Part shown: positions 20,873 through 29,782 of the stretch, in pieces
Layout: every line of letters begins with the position of its first letter
How positions within the stretch are numbered: the first letter of the stretch is position 1
NCBI GenBank assembly: GCA_963828255.1
Contig: CAWHDZ010000021.1
Coordinates: 32,001 to 96,000 of the forward strand
Direction: 5' to 3'
Length of the DNA: 64,000 bases
Source: an uncultured delta proteobacterium
GTDB taxonomy: Bacteria; Myxococcota; Myxococcia; Myxococcales; Anaeromyxobacteraceae
Notes under the pieces: generated by a model
What the model saw: only the letters and a program-made list of their open reading frames with translations
What the model was told of the DNA's origin: nothing
The model's database searches: none
Translations under genes and position numbers: made by a program

Positions 20873-22245
20873 GCGGTCCTCCTCTCCCGGTCCGGTGCGC
20901 CGAGCACCCCGACGAGCCAACGCTCGACGAGGATGGCGCCGTCCGACCCGGTCTTCATGGAGTGGTCGGCCTCGGCGAGCGAGGCGAGCCCGGTGAGGAG
21001 CTCCTCGCGCCCGAAGCGCAGGGCGGCCTGGTACTTCATCCACAGGCCGTAGGGTTTGCGTTCCTTCAGCTCGGCCGGATCGATGGATGGCAGCACGCTC
21101 GCGTTCCACTCGGCGAACGAGCCGACCCGGCGGCCGCCGGCGGCGATCCGCCCCCGCTCCCGCTCCACCAGCATGCGGCGGACCGTGCCGGCGAGCGAGC
21201 CCACCAGCATGTGGGGGCTCGCCCCGTCGGCGAGGCTGCGGCGGAGCACCGCCAGCGCCCCGGGGAGATCGCGCGACTCGACGGCGTTGCCGAGCGCGAA
21301 GAACGGGTCGGCGGCGGTCCGGACCACGAGTGCGTCCACGTCCTCGGCCCGGATCACCTTGCGATCGCCCACGAAGGTCGCGAGCTTGGCCACCTCGGCG
21401 GCGAGCGCCCGGGCGTCCGCCCCCAGAAGCGCCGCCAGCCGGGCCTCGGCCCCTGCGTCCACGGACTTCCCGGTGCCGGAGAGCGTCTCGGCGAGCAGCG
21501 GGCCGATGACGGGGCGCTGCGCGTCCCAGGTGCCCTCGCTCTGGATGGCCACCGGGATCCGGCTCCCGGCCGCGGCGAGCCGCTTCACCAGGGGAAGCCG
21601 GCCGTCCACCTTGCCGGCGGCGAGCACCAGGACGTGACCGGGGGGGAGCCCCTTCTCGAGGAGCGCCTCGAGGGCGGACGTGTCGTCCCGCGCCGCCTGG
21701 AGGTTCTTCTCCCCGGCATACCGGCCCGCCTCGGAGAGGAAGGCGCCGTCCTCCGGCCGCAGCCCGTCGTCACCCTGGAGCTTCTCCTCCCACTCCGCGG
21801 GCGTCGGCGGCGAATCGCCGGCCAGGTCGGCGGTGGACCAGCCGAGGCGGGCGGCCAGCGCCACCAGCCGCCGGGCCGCCTCCCGCTGCCGCCCCTCGCG
21901 CCACATGTCGCTCGCCTTGGCGAAGGCGCCGGCCAGGTCCTCCTTGGACTGGAGGAAGGCCGGTTCCACCACGAGCACCACCTTCGACCCTCCGAACAGG
22001 CCACCGGTGGCGAGCTCGGAGGCGACCTCCCCGGGCCCGGCCGCGCCGTCCACCTCCACCAGGTTGAGGGAGCGCTGCGCCTCCGGGACCAGCGCGAACG
22101 CGATGGTGCGGGCCGCCCGGAGCGTGAGGAAGGCGTCGCCGTCGAGCAGGTAGACCGGCGAGGGCGTCCCTCCCCGGATGGCGGCGAGCACGTCGTCCAG
22201 GCTCGGCGAGGGCTCCTTGGCCTTCCGGGCCGGAGGCCTAGCCAT
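20869..22245 (-). CDS. holA: DNA polymerase III subunit delta (extended)
   Basis: PVYLLDGDAFL, EVAKLATFVG..VI..EDVDALV, FALGNAV, DHSMKTG; adjacent to holB. Confidence 0.8.
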   Translation of the reverse strand: MARPPARKAKEPSPSLDDVLAAIRGGTPSPVYLLDGDAFLTLRAARTIAFALVPEAQRSLNLVEVDGAAGPGEVASELATGGLFGGSKVVLVVEPAFLQSKEDLAGAFAKASDMWREGRQREAARRLVALAARLGWSTADLAGDSPPTPAEWEEKLQGDDGLRPEDGAFLSEAGRYAGEKNLQAARDDTSALEALLEKGLPPGHVLVLAAGKVDGRLPLVKRLAAAGSRIPVAIQSEGTWDAQRPVIGPLLAETLSGTGKSVDAGAEARLAALLGADARALAAEVAKLATFVGDRKVIRAEDVDALVVRTAADPFFALGNAVESRDLPGALAVLRRSLADGASPHMLVGSLAGTVRRMLVERERGRIAAGGRRVGSFAEWNASVLPSIDPAELKERKPYGLWMKYQAALRFGREELLTGLASLAEADHSMKTGSDGAILVERWLVGVLGAPDRERRTA

Positions 22246-23260
22246 GGAACCACCCCACCAGCATGCGCTCGAGCGCGAGCGGTCCGGCCGCGTTGTGGCG
22301 GAGTGCGAGAAGCGCGCGGCGCACCGACTCGATCCGGCGCAGCGCCGCCTCGGGGCCGAGCCGGGCCGCGGCGGACGTGGCGTCCTCCAGATCGACGAGT
22401 GCGAGGGGGGCGCTCTCGCCCGCCGCTGCGCGGGCGAGGACGTCCCGCAGCCAGACGAGCAAGAGCTCGCACACCTCCCGCGCGCGCTCCCGCTTCGACC
22501 CGTGGCGCGCCGCGAAGGCGATCCAGGGGCGGGCGTCGTCGGCGGGGAGCGCCGCCGCCTCCAGGACGGCCTCGCGCCGCGCGCCCATGGCTTCCTCGTC
22601 GAGCAGGAGCGCCTTGCCGAGCGAGCCACCGGCCAGCGTGACGGCGAGACGGGCCGCCTCCGGGGAGCGACCGGCGGCGGCGAGCCGCTCCTCGAGAAGG
22701 GCGTCGGGCAGCGGGGCGAATGGAAGGCGCAGGCAGCGGGAGCGCACCGTGGGGAGCAGCCCGTCGGCCGACGACGAGACCAGCACCAGCGTGGTATCCG
22801 GCGGCGGCTCCTCGAGGGTCTTCAGGATCGCGTTCTGGGCCTGCGGGTTCATGGCGTCGGCCGGGTCGATGAGCACGAAGCGGCGCCGTCCCTCGAAGCG
22901 GCGAAGCGAGAGACGCCGGTCCACCAGTTCCCTGACCTGGTCCACCACGATGTCGCGCGACGGCGTTCGCCCGCCCTTGGGCTCCCACCGGCCGGCCCGG
23001 GCCATGTCCCGCTCCCGCTCGACCACCAGGACGTCGGGGTGGACCCCGCGGGCGATCTTGCGGCAGGGCGAGCAGGTCCCGCAGGCGTCGCCGTCGGCAC
23101 GGTCGCAGTTGGCGGCCTGGGCGAGCAACCGGGCCACCGTGCCCTTGCCGACCCCCTCCGGGCCGGCGAAGAGGTAGGCGTGGTGAAGGCCGCCGCGGCG
23201 GACCGCGGCGCGCAGGGCGTCCACGGCCCTCTCCTGGCCGATGATCTCCGCGAAAGGCAT
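22238..23260 (-). CDS. holB: DNA polymerase III subunit delta'
   Basis: HAYLFAGPEGVGK, CGTCSPC, HPDV, AQNAILKTLEEPP, LLPTVRSRC. Confidence 0.93.
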   Translation of the reverse strand: MPFAEIIGQERAVDALRAAVRRGGLHHAYLFAGPEGVGKGTVARLLAQAANCDRADGDACGTCSPCRKIARGVHPDVLVVERERDMARAGRWEPKGGRTPSRDIVVDQVRELVDRRLSLRRFEGRRRFVLIDPADAMNPQAQNAILKTLEEPPPDTTLVLVSSSADGLLPTVRSRCLRLPFAPLPDALLEERLAAAGRSPEAARLAVTLAGGSLGKALLLDEEAMGARREAVLEAAALPADDARPWIAFAARHGSKRERAREVCELLLVWLRDVLARAAAGESAPLALVDLEDATSAAARLGPEAALRRIESVRRALLALRHNAAGPLALERMLVGWFHG

Positions 23261-23316
23261 TGGGCGCGGGGAAGATAACACGGAGGCGGCGCCGCCGCGG
23301 GGGCTCCGGACCGGCC

Positions 23317-25791
23317 CTACGAGCTCCGTCCCGCCAGCCGGGCCACCGCCGCCGCCAGTTCGCGCGGGTCCACGGGCTTGGCCAGGAAGGCCTGGAATCC
23401 GGCCGAGAGCGCCCGCTCCCGGTCCGAGACCTGGGTGTATGCGGTGAGCGCCGCCGCCGGGAGCGTCCCTCCCCGTTCCGGGTCGAGCGCGCGCACCCGC
23501 CGGATGAGCGAGATGCCGTCCTCGCCGGGCATGCCGATGTCGGAGAGGAGGACGTCGGGTCGCTCCCCCGAGATCGCCTGGAACGCCGCCGAGGCCGACG
23601 TGGCCGTGGAGACCCTCGCCCCCGCCAGCTCGAGGAGGTGTCTCAGGGCGTCGAGGGTGTCGTCGTCGTCGTCCACCACGAGCACGTGGATCTCGGCCAG
23701 GCTCGGCGCCTCGCCGGGCGGGTGCCACGGGCGGCCGGCGGCGCCCCTCGCGCCCGAGCGCGCCGACGGGCTCGGGGCGTCGAGCGGGGTGGGCAGGTCC
23801 ACGACGAAGGTCGCGCCCTGGTTGCGCCCCGGGCTCGACGCGCTGACGCTCCCGCCGTGGGCCTCGACCAGGTTGCGGACGATGGCGAGGCCGATGCCGA
23901 GCCCGCCGTGGGCGCGGGTGGGGCTCGAGTCGGCCTGCCGGAAGCGCTCGAACACGTGGGGCAGGAACTCGGGGTCGATGCCCACGCCGTCGTCCCGGAC
24001 CTCGAGCCGGACCAGGTCGGGGAGGCGGCGGAGCCGGACCTCGACCCTGCCGCCGGCCGGCGTGAACTTGATGGCGTTGGCGAGCAGGTTCCAGACGATC
24101 TGCTGCAGGCGTGCCGGGTCCCCGCGGACCGCCCCCGCGCCATCCTCCAGGTCGATTTCGAGCCCGATCCCCTTGGCGGTCGCCGCCGGCCGCACCGTCT
24201 CTGCGGCGGCCTCCACCGCGGCTCCGAGGTCGGCCTCCCGCACGTCGAGCTTCAGCCTCCCGCGCACGATCCGGGCCACGTCGAGCAGGTCGTCGACGAT
24301 CTGGGCCTGTGTCGTCGCGCACCGCTCGATGGCCTCCATGGCCCGCTCGGTCGCAGAGGCGTCGAGCCGGCCGGTGCGGAGCAGCCGCGACCACCCCAGC
24401 ACCGCGTTCAGCGGGGTGCGCAGCTCGTGCGAGACGGTGGCGATGAACTCGTCCTTGGCGCGGCTGGCCCGCTCCGCCTCCGCGCGCGCATCCTGCTCCC
24501 GGGCGAGCAGCGCCGCCCGCTCGGCCTCGCTGCGCCGGGCCTCGGTCCGGTCCCCGAAGACCAGCGCGACACCCTGCGGCTTGCCGCCTTCGGCGCGGAT
24601 GGGGGCCACCGAGCCCTCGATGGGATACTCCAGCCCCCCCGGCGCGAGCAGGGTCACGCCGGCGCCGAGCGGGGTGGGCCCGCCCGCCGCCATGGCCGCG
24701 ACCACCGGATCGGGCAACGGTCGCCTCTCCTCGTCCACCGCCCGGAACACCTCGGCGAGGGGACGGCCGACGGCCTCCGGGCCAGCGCCGACGAGCTTCT
24801 CGGCGGCGGCGTTCACCAGGGTGACCACCCCCCTCACGTCGGTGGCGATCACCGCGTCGCCGATGGATGCGAGCGTGGTCCGCAGCCACTCCCGCTGCTT
24901 GCGCTCGGTCTCCTCGGCGCGCATGCGGTCGGCCTCCATGTCGCCGAGCGCCAGCGCGTTCCAGTAGACCACCGCCGCGGCCACGACCACGGCGCTGACC
25001 ACCACGAAGGAGGCCCCGAGGAGCGCCTCGTACTTGCCGGCCCGCAGGCCAACGACGAGGAAGAACCAGCCCAGGCCGATGGGCACGACGAAGACGGCGC
25101 CGATGAGGCGGCGCGCCATGAACCCGGCCAGCCCCGGGGCGGTGAAGACCCGGATCACCCCCGCCTGCGGCCGGTCGAAGAGCAGCGCCGCGACCAGCAG
25201 GGAGAAGCCGATCCCGGCGTAGAAGGGAACCCGGGTGTTGGCCGCCAGCCCCTCCATGGGCTCGACGCCGTAGGCGTATCCGATGATGGCCTGCAGGGGG
25301 ACCAGGGCCGCGGCCAGGGCGAGCAGCTGGGCCGGGCGGGTCCCGGCCTCCGTCTCCAGGTCGTGGACGGCGAGCGCGATGCCGATGAAGAGGAAGGCCA
25401 GCGCCGTGTTGGGCGCCATGCGGCCGGGGAACGGCCGGAACCCGGCATCGTGGAAGAGGAGCTGGTCGATGCCCAGGTTCACCTGGGCCACGTACTCGAC
25501 GAGGGTCAGGAACCCCACCGCCGCGACCACCACGCCGGCCGCCTTGGCGAGCGTGCGGCTCCTGGGTCCGGACCGGCGGGAGGCCAGGATGCGGGCGGCC
25601 AGCCCCGCCGCCACGAATCCCATGGCGGAGTTGGCCTTCACCGCAAGTGACCCAGGGATTCCGGAGCGAAGGAGCGGGAGGTCGAGCGCCCAGCCGATGA
25701 GGATGGCGAACCCGAGGAACGCCGCGGCTTCGGCTGCGGATCGCGCCAGCATCTCGAGGTTCTTCGGGAGTCGCCGGGTGTCGACGGACAT
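23317..25791 (-). CDS. Membrane hybrid sensor kinase (multi-TM, PAS, HisKA, HATPase, receiver)
   Basis: Several TM helices, SIGDAVIATD PAS, SHELRTPLN, NAIKFT, GLGIGL, LSDIGMP. Confidence 0.9.
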   Translation of the reverse strand: MSVDTRRLPKNLEMLARSAAEAAAFLGFAILIGWALDLPLLRSGIPGSLAVKANSAMGFVAAGLAARILASRRSGPRSRTLAKAAGVVVAAVGFLTLVEYVAQVNLGIDQLLFHDAGFRPFPGRMAPNTALAFLFIGIALAVHDLETEAGTRPAQLLALAAALVPLQAIIGYAYGVEPMEGLAANTRVPFYAGIGFSLLVAALLFDRPQAGVIRVFTAPGLAGFMARRLIGAVFVVPIGLGWFFLVVGLRAGKYEALLGASFVVVSAVVVAAAVVYWNALALGDMEADRMRAEETERKQREWLRTTLASIGDAVIATDVRGVVTLVNAAAEKLVGAGPEAVGRPLAEVFRAVDEERRPLPDPVVAAMAAGGPTPLGAGVTLLAPGGLEYPIEGSVAPIRAEGGKPQGVALVFGDRTEARRSEAERAALLAREQDARAEAERASRAKDEFIATVSHELRTPLNAVLGWSRLLRTGRLDASATERAMEAIERCATTQAQIVDDLLDVARIVRGRLKLDVREADLGAAVEAAAETVRPAATAKGIGLEIDLEDGAGAVRGDPARLQQIVWNLLANAIKFTPAGGRVEVRLRRLPDLVRLEVRDDGVGIDPEFLPHVFERFRQADSSPTRAHGGLGIGLAIVRNLVEAHGGSVSASSPGRNQGATFVVDLPTPLDAPSPSARSGARGAAGRPWHPPGEAPSLAEIHVLVVDDDDDTLDALRHLLELAGARVSTATSASAAFQAISGERPDVLLSDIGMPGEDGISLIRRVRALDPERGGTLPAAALTAYTQVSDRERALSAGFQAFLAKPVDPRELAAAVARLAGRSS

Positions 25792-25931
25792 TGGGAGGCG
25801 AGGCCCGGAGGTCCGGTCCGCCGCGGGACCATGTTCGCCCCCCGGCCCGCCGGGCGCAAGCGAGCGGGTGGCGCCGGGCCGCCGAATGGACCGGAATGGG
25901 GCGCGTGCTACCCTGGGTCGAGGGAGTCGCC

Positions 25932-26435
25932 ATGAAGATCACGCCGCTCGACATCCAGCAGAAGCGCTTCTCCCGGGCGATGCGGGGCTACGAACGGGAG
26001 GAGGTCGAGGCCTTCCTCTCGCTCGTCGCGTCCTCCTTCGAGGACCTGGTGAAGGAACTCAACTCCCTGCGCGAGGACCTGGCGCGCCGGGACGAGGACA
26101 TCGCCGCCCACCGCGGCCTGGAGCGCACCCTGCAGGAGACCCTGGTGACCGCCCAGAGGGCCAGCGACGAGATCCGCGAGTCGGCCCGGAGGGAGGGCGA
26201 GATCGCCATCGGCGAGGCCGAGCTCCAGGCGGAGAAGATCGTGCAGGGCGCCCACCAGAGGTTCCTGCGGATCGTCGACGACATCCAGGAGATGAAGCGG
26301 CTGCGCGTGCAGTTCGAGTCGTCGGTCCGCTCCCTCGTGGATGGGCACGCCAAGCTGCTCGACACCTTCCGTGACTCGGACATCGGCGACCCGGTCGAGT
26401 ACCTGGCCGGGCGGAAGAAGGGGTCCGCGGAGTAA
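25932..26435 (+). CDS. divIVA: DivIVA domain protein
   Basis: MKITPLDIQQKRF...RGYEREEVEAFL followed by coiled coil; GGGAG RBS. Confidence 0.9.
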   Translation: MKITPLDIQQKRFSRAMRGYEREEVEAFLSLVASSFEDLVKELNSLREDLARRDEDIAAHRGLERTLQETLVTAQRASDEIRESARREGEIAIGEAELQAEKIVQGAHQRFLRIVDDIQEMKRLRVQFESSVRSLVDGHAKLLDTFRDSDIGDPVEYLAGRKKGSAE

Positions 26436-26440
26436 CGGTT

Positions 26441-26480
26441 CGAGGACCGATCCCGAGGACCGATCCCGAGGACCGGATCC
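26441..26480 (+). repeat. Tandem 13-mer array (CGAGGACCGATCC x~3)
   Basis: cgaggaccgatcc cgaggaccgatcc cgaggaccggatcc read directly. Confidence 0.85.
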
Positions 26481-26488
26481 GGCGACCG

Positions 26489-26812
26489 TCAGTGCGTCAG
26501 GCGCCAGAGCATGGCCAGGACCCGGTCGCAAATGCCGAGGGCCGGCGTGATGGCACTGGCGGGCAGGTAGCCAAAGGCCTCGGCGACACGGAGGCTCGCG
26601 GCGACCTCGTCGGCGCTTCCCGCGGCCACGCGCCAGAGGTGGATGCGGTCCTTCCCGTTCCGACGGTTCCCCTCCGAGAGGTTCAAGGACACGGATGCGG
26701 CCGCCCGCCGCAGTTGCCTGGCGAGATCCGTATCCCGCCGGCCCAGGCTGGCAAGAGGCGCCTCGAGCGAGCGAATGAGTTCGAGGGAGACATCGAAGGC
26801 TTGAAGTGACAT
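26489..26812 (-). CDS. Four-helix-bundle protein (bAvd-like / 23S rRNA IVP family)
   Basis: LQAFDVSLELI...DLARQLRRAAASVSLNLSEG...RIHLWRVAAGSADEV...LAMLWRL; AAGGAG RBS. Confidence 0.88.
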   Translation of the reverse strand: MSLQAFDVSLELIRSLEAPLASLGRRDTDLARQLRRAAASVSLNLSEGNRRNGKDRIHLWRVAAGSADEVAASLRVAEAFGYLPASAITPALGICDRVLAMLWRLTH

Positions 26813-26818
26813 TGGCGG

Positions 26819-26946
26819 CTCCTTTTCGGGTGGGGTTTGCCCCATCCGGCGCAGGGTCCGTGACAGCCCGGCGCGGGATTCACCGATGAAGGACCGCGGG
26901 CTGGCGCGGAGCGTGCGCCTCCAGGCAGGCCCCACCCGAAAAGGAG
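26819..26946. other. ~128 nt long hairpin (candidate structured RNA or DNA element)
   Basis: Perfect 17 bp inverted repeat CTCCTTTTCGGGTGGGG (26819-26835) / CCCCACCCGAAAAGGAG (26930-26946), extended inward by TTTGCC/GGCAGG, GGCGCA/TGCGCC, TCCGTGACAGCCCG/CGGGCTGGCGCGGA and apical TTCA-CCGA-TGAA. Confidence 0.8.
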
Positions 26947-26950
26947 AGGA

Positions 26951-27041
26951 AACTCGGTCTCCGAACTCGGTCTCCGAACTCGGTCTCCGAACTCGGTCTC
27001 CGAACTCGGTCTCCGAACTCGGTCTCGGAACTCGGTCTCGG
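26951..27041 (+). repeat. Tandem 13-mer array (AACTCGGTCTC[C/G]G x7)
   Basis: Five copies of AACTCGGTCTCCG then two of AACTCGGTCTCGG, no spacers. Confidence 0.95.
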
Positions 27042-27069
27042 ATCTCAGCCCCGGTCCCGCCCTCCCCCG

Positions 27070-29768
27070 TCAGTGCGCCTCCGCCCAGCTCCCCGCCATC
27101 CCCACCTCGACATCGAGCGGCACCAGCAGCTCCGCCGCCCCCTCCATCGCCCTCCTCACCAGCGCCTCCGCCGGCCCCGCCTCCCCGGCCGGCACCTCCA
27201 GCACCAGCTCGTCGTGGACCTGCAGGATCACCCTCGACGCCAGCCCCTCCGCGGCGAGCGCGCGATCCACCCGGAGCATGGCCACCTTGACGATGTCCGC
27301 GGCCGTCCCCTGGATGGGCGTGTTCACCGCCATCCGCTCGGCAGCCTGCCGGAGCCCGGGATTCCGCGACCGGATGTCGGGCAGCTCCCTCCGCCTTCCC
27401 CAGAGCGTGCGGACCTCTCCCGACTCCCGCGCCGCGGCGACGGTTCCGCCCAGCCAGCGCTTCACCCCCGCGTAGCGGGCGAAGTAGCGATCGATGATCG
27501 CCTGGGCCTCGGCGGGGGGCATGTCGAGCCGCTGCGAGAGGCCGAAGGCCGACAGGCCGTAGGCGATGCCGAAGTTGAGCACCTTGGCCACCCGGCGCTG
27601 GTCCGGAGTCACCTCCGACGCCGGCACGCCGAAGGTCTCCGCAGCGGTCCGGGAGTGGACGTCCTCCCTCGACCGGAAGGACTCGAGGAGCGACGGGTCC
27701 TCCGCGAAGTGGGCCAGGATCCTCAGCTCGATCTGGGAGTAGTCGGCGGAGAGGAGCAGCCTTCCCGGTGGGGCCACGAAGGCCGCGCGGATCCGGCGCG
27801 ACAGCTCGGTGCGCACCGGGATGTTCTGGAGGTTCGGGTCCTGGGAGGAGAGCCTGCCGGTGGCCGCCCCGGCCTGGTTGAAGGTGGTGTGGATGCGCCC
27901 GTCGGCCGGATCGACCAGCAACGGCAGCGCGTCCACGTAGGTTCCCTTCAGCTTGGAGAGCGACCGGTGCTCGAGCACCAGCCGCGGCAGGGGGTGCTCC
28001 TCGGAGAGCTTCTCCAGCACGTCCTGGTCGGTGGAGGGGCCGGTCTTGAGCTTCTTCACCACCGGCAGGCCCAGCTCGACGAAGAGCACCTGCGCCAGCT
28101 CCCGCGTGGAGGCCACGTTGAAGACCCGGCCGGCCGCGGCGTGGATGCGCACCTCCAGCTCCCGCATGGCGGAGCCGAACTCGGCGCTCATCGAGCCCAT
28201 GGCCGCCGCGTCCACCGCGATGCCGGCCTGCTCCATCCCGGCCAGCACCGGCACGAGCGGACGCTCGATCTCGTCGTGAACGCGGGAGAGCCCTCCGTCG
28301 CCGAGCGCGCGGACGAGGGCCGCGGCCAGCGCGGGGAGCAGGGAGGCGGCGGAACCCGCGTGGGCGGCCGTCTCTTCCACCGGGTACGTGGCCGGGTCCC
28401 CGTCACCCCTTCCGGCGTCGGCGGGCGCCGGCGGCAGCTCGACGCCCAGCCGCTCGCGCGCCAGGTCGGCGAGGGCGTGCTCGCGGCGTGCGGTCAGGAG
28501 GAGGTGGCTCGCCAGCTCGGTGTCGATCCCCCGGGCCGGGGCGGGCAGCCCCAGGTGGCGGAGCGCGTGGATCTCCAGCTTGAGGCCGTGCGCATGGATC
28601 TCGACCGCCGGGTCGTCGAGGAGGGGGCGCAGCGCCGCCGCCACCTCCGGGACCGTGAGCTGCGCCGGAGCGCCCAGGTAGCGGTGCTGGATCGGCACGT
28701 ACCAGGAGCGGCCGCCGGCCGCGAGCGCCAGCCCGGCGGGGGGATCCTCCGCGGCGCCGGCGAGGAGAAGGCCGCGCGCATCCCCACCTGGCCGGCTCGC
28801 CGGGCTTCGGCCACGGCCGCGTCGAGCGCACCCCGGGTGAACACCAGCTCGGTGGCGACCGGTGGCTCCGCCGTGGGCGGCGGCGTGGGCGCGGGCAGGT
28901 CCCGCAGGAGCCGCCCGAACTCGAGCTCGGTGAAGAGGGCGCGGGCGCGCTCCGTGTCCACCGGACGCCGCGCCAGGTCGGCCGGGCCGAGCGGGAGCGG
29001 CAGGTCCTCCTTGAGCGCCACCAGGATCCGGTTGAGCCGGATCCGATCGGCCAGCCCCTCGATCTTCTCCTGCAGCTTCGCCCCGCCGCGGGAGACGGCC
29101 TGCGGGATCTCCCCGGTCCGGGCCAGCATGGCCTCGACGGAACCGAAGTGCTTCACCAGCGCGGCCGCGGTCACGTCGCCGACCCCGGGCACGCCAGGGA
29201 CGTTGTCCACCTTGTCTCCGGTGAGCGCCATGAGCTCCACCACCTGGTCGGGGCGCACTCCCAGCTTCTTCTCCACGTCCTCGGTCCGCGTCCACCCTCC
29301 GCGCCCGGCCGCCTCCGCCATGGGGTCGTAGAGCTCGATCCCCTCCCCCACCAGCTGCGCGAAGTCCTTGTCGCCCGTGACGATGACCACGTCGAACCCC
29401 TGGGCGCGGGCCCGCCGGGCCAGCGTGGCGATGACGTCGTCGGCCTCCACCCCGGCCTCCTCGAGGAGCGGCACGTCGAGCGCGCGAACGACCTCCCGCA
29501 CCAGCGGAAACTGGCTCCTGAGTTCCTCCGGCGCCTCGGGGCGGTGGGCCTTGTAGGTGGGGTCGAGCTCGGTGCGGAAGCTCTTGCGGCTCGCGTCCAT
29601 CACCAGCGCCGCGTGGGTGCTTCCCCGCTCTCGCAGGGCCTTGAGCAGCATGGTGGTGAAGCCGTAGACGGCGTTGGTGGGCTGCCCCTTCGTCGTCGCC
29701 AGGTGCGGGATGGCGTGGAAGGCCCGGAAGACGAACCCGGAACCGTCGATGAGTGTGAGCGTGGGCAC
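27070..29768 (-). CDS. polA: DNA polymerase I; apparent 1-nt frameshift at G-run 28738-28743
   Basis: 5'-3' exonuclease (LIDGSGFVFRAFHA, EADDVIATL, GDKDFAQL) in one frame; polymerase motifs (TGRLSSQDPNLQNIP, ADYSQIELR, NFGIAYG, QVHDEL) in another. Confidence 0.92.
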
Positions 29769-29782
29769 GGAGCCCCCTCGCG

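Noticed and set aside
26489..26946. Diversity-generating retroelement
   Set aside because: Only an Avd-like gene is present; I found no reverse transcriptase or TR/VR pair in the window.
26951..27041. Possible CRISPR array, or synthetic BsaI (GGTCTC) site array
   Set aside because: The units are 13 nt, head-to-tail with no spacers, and no cas genes are present. Degenerating copies and a related array on the other flank fit a natural tandem repeat.
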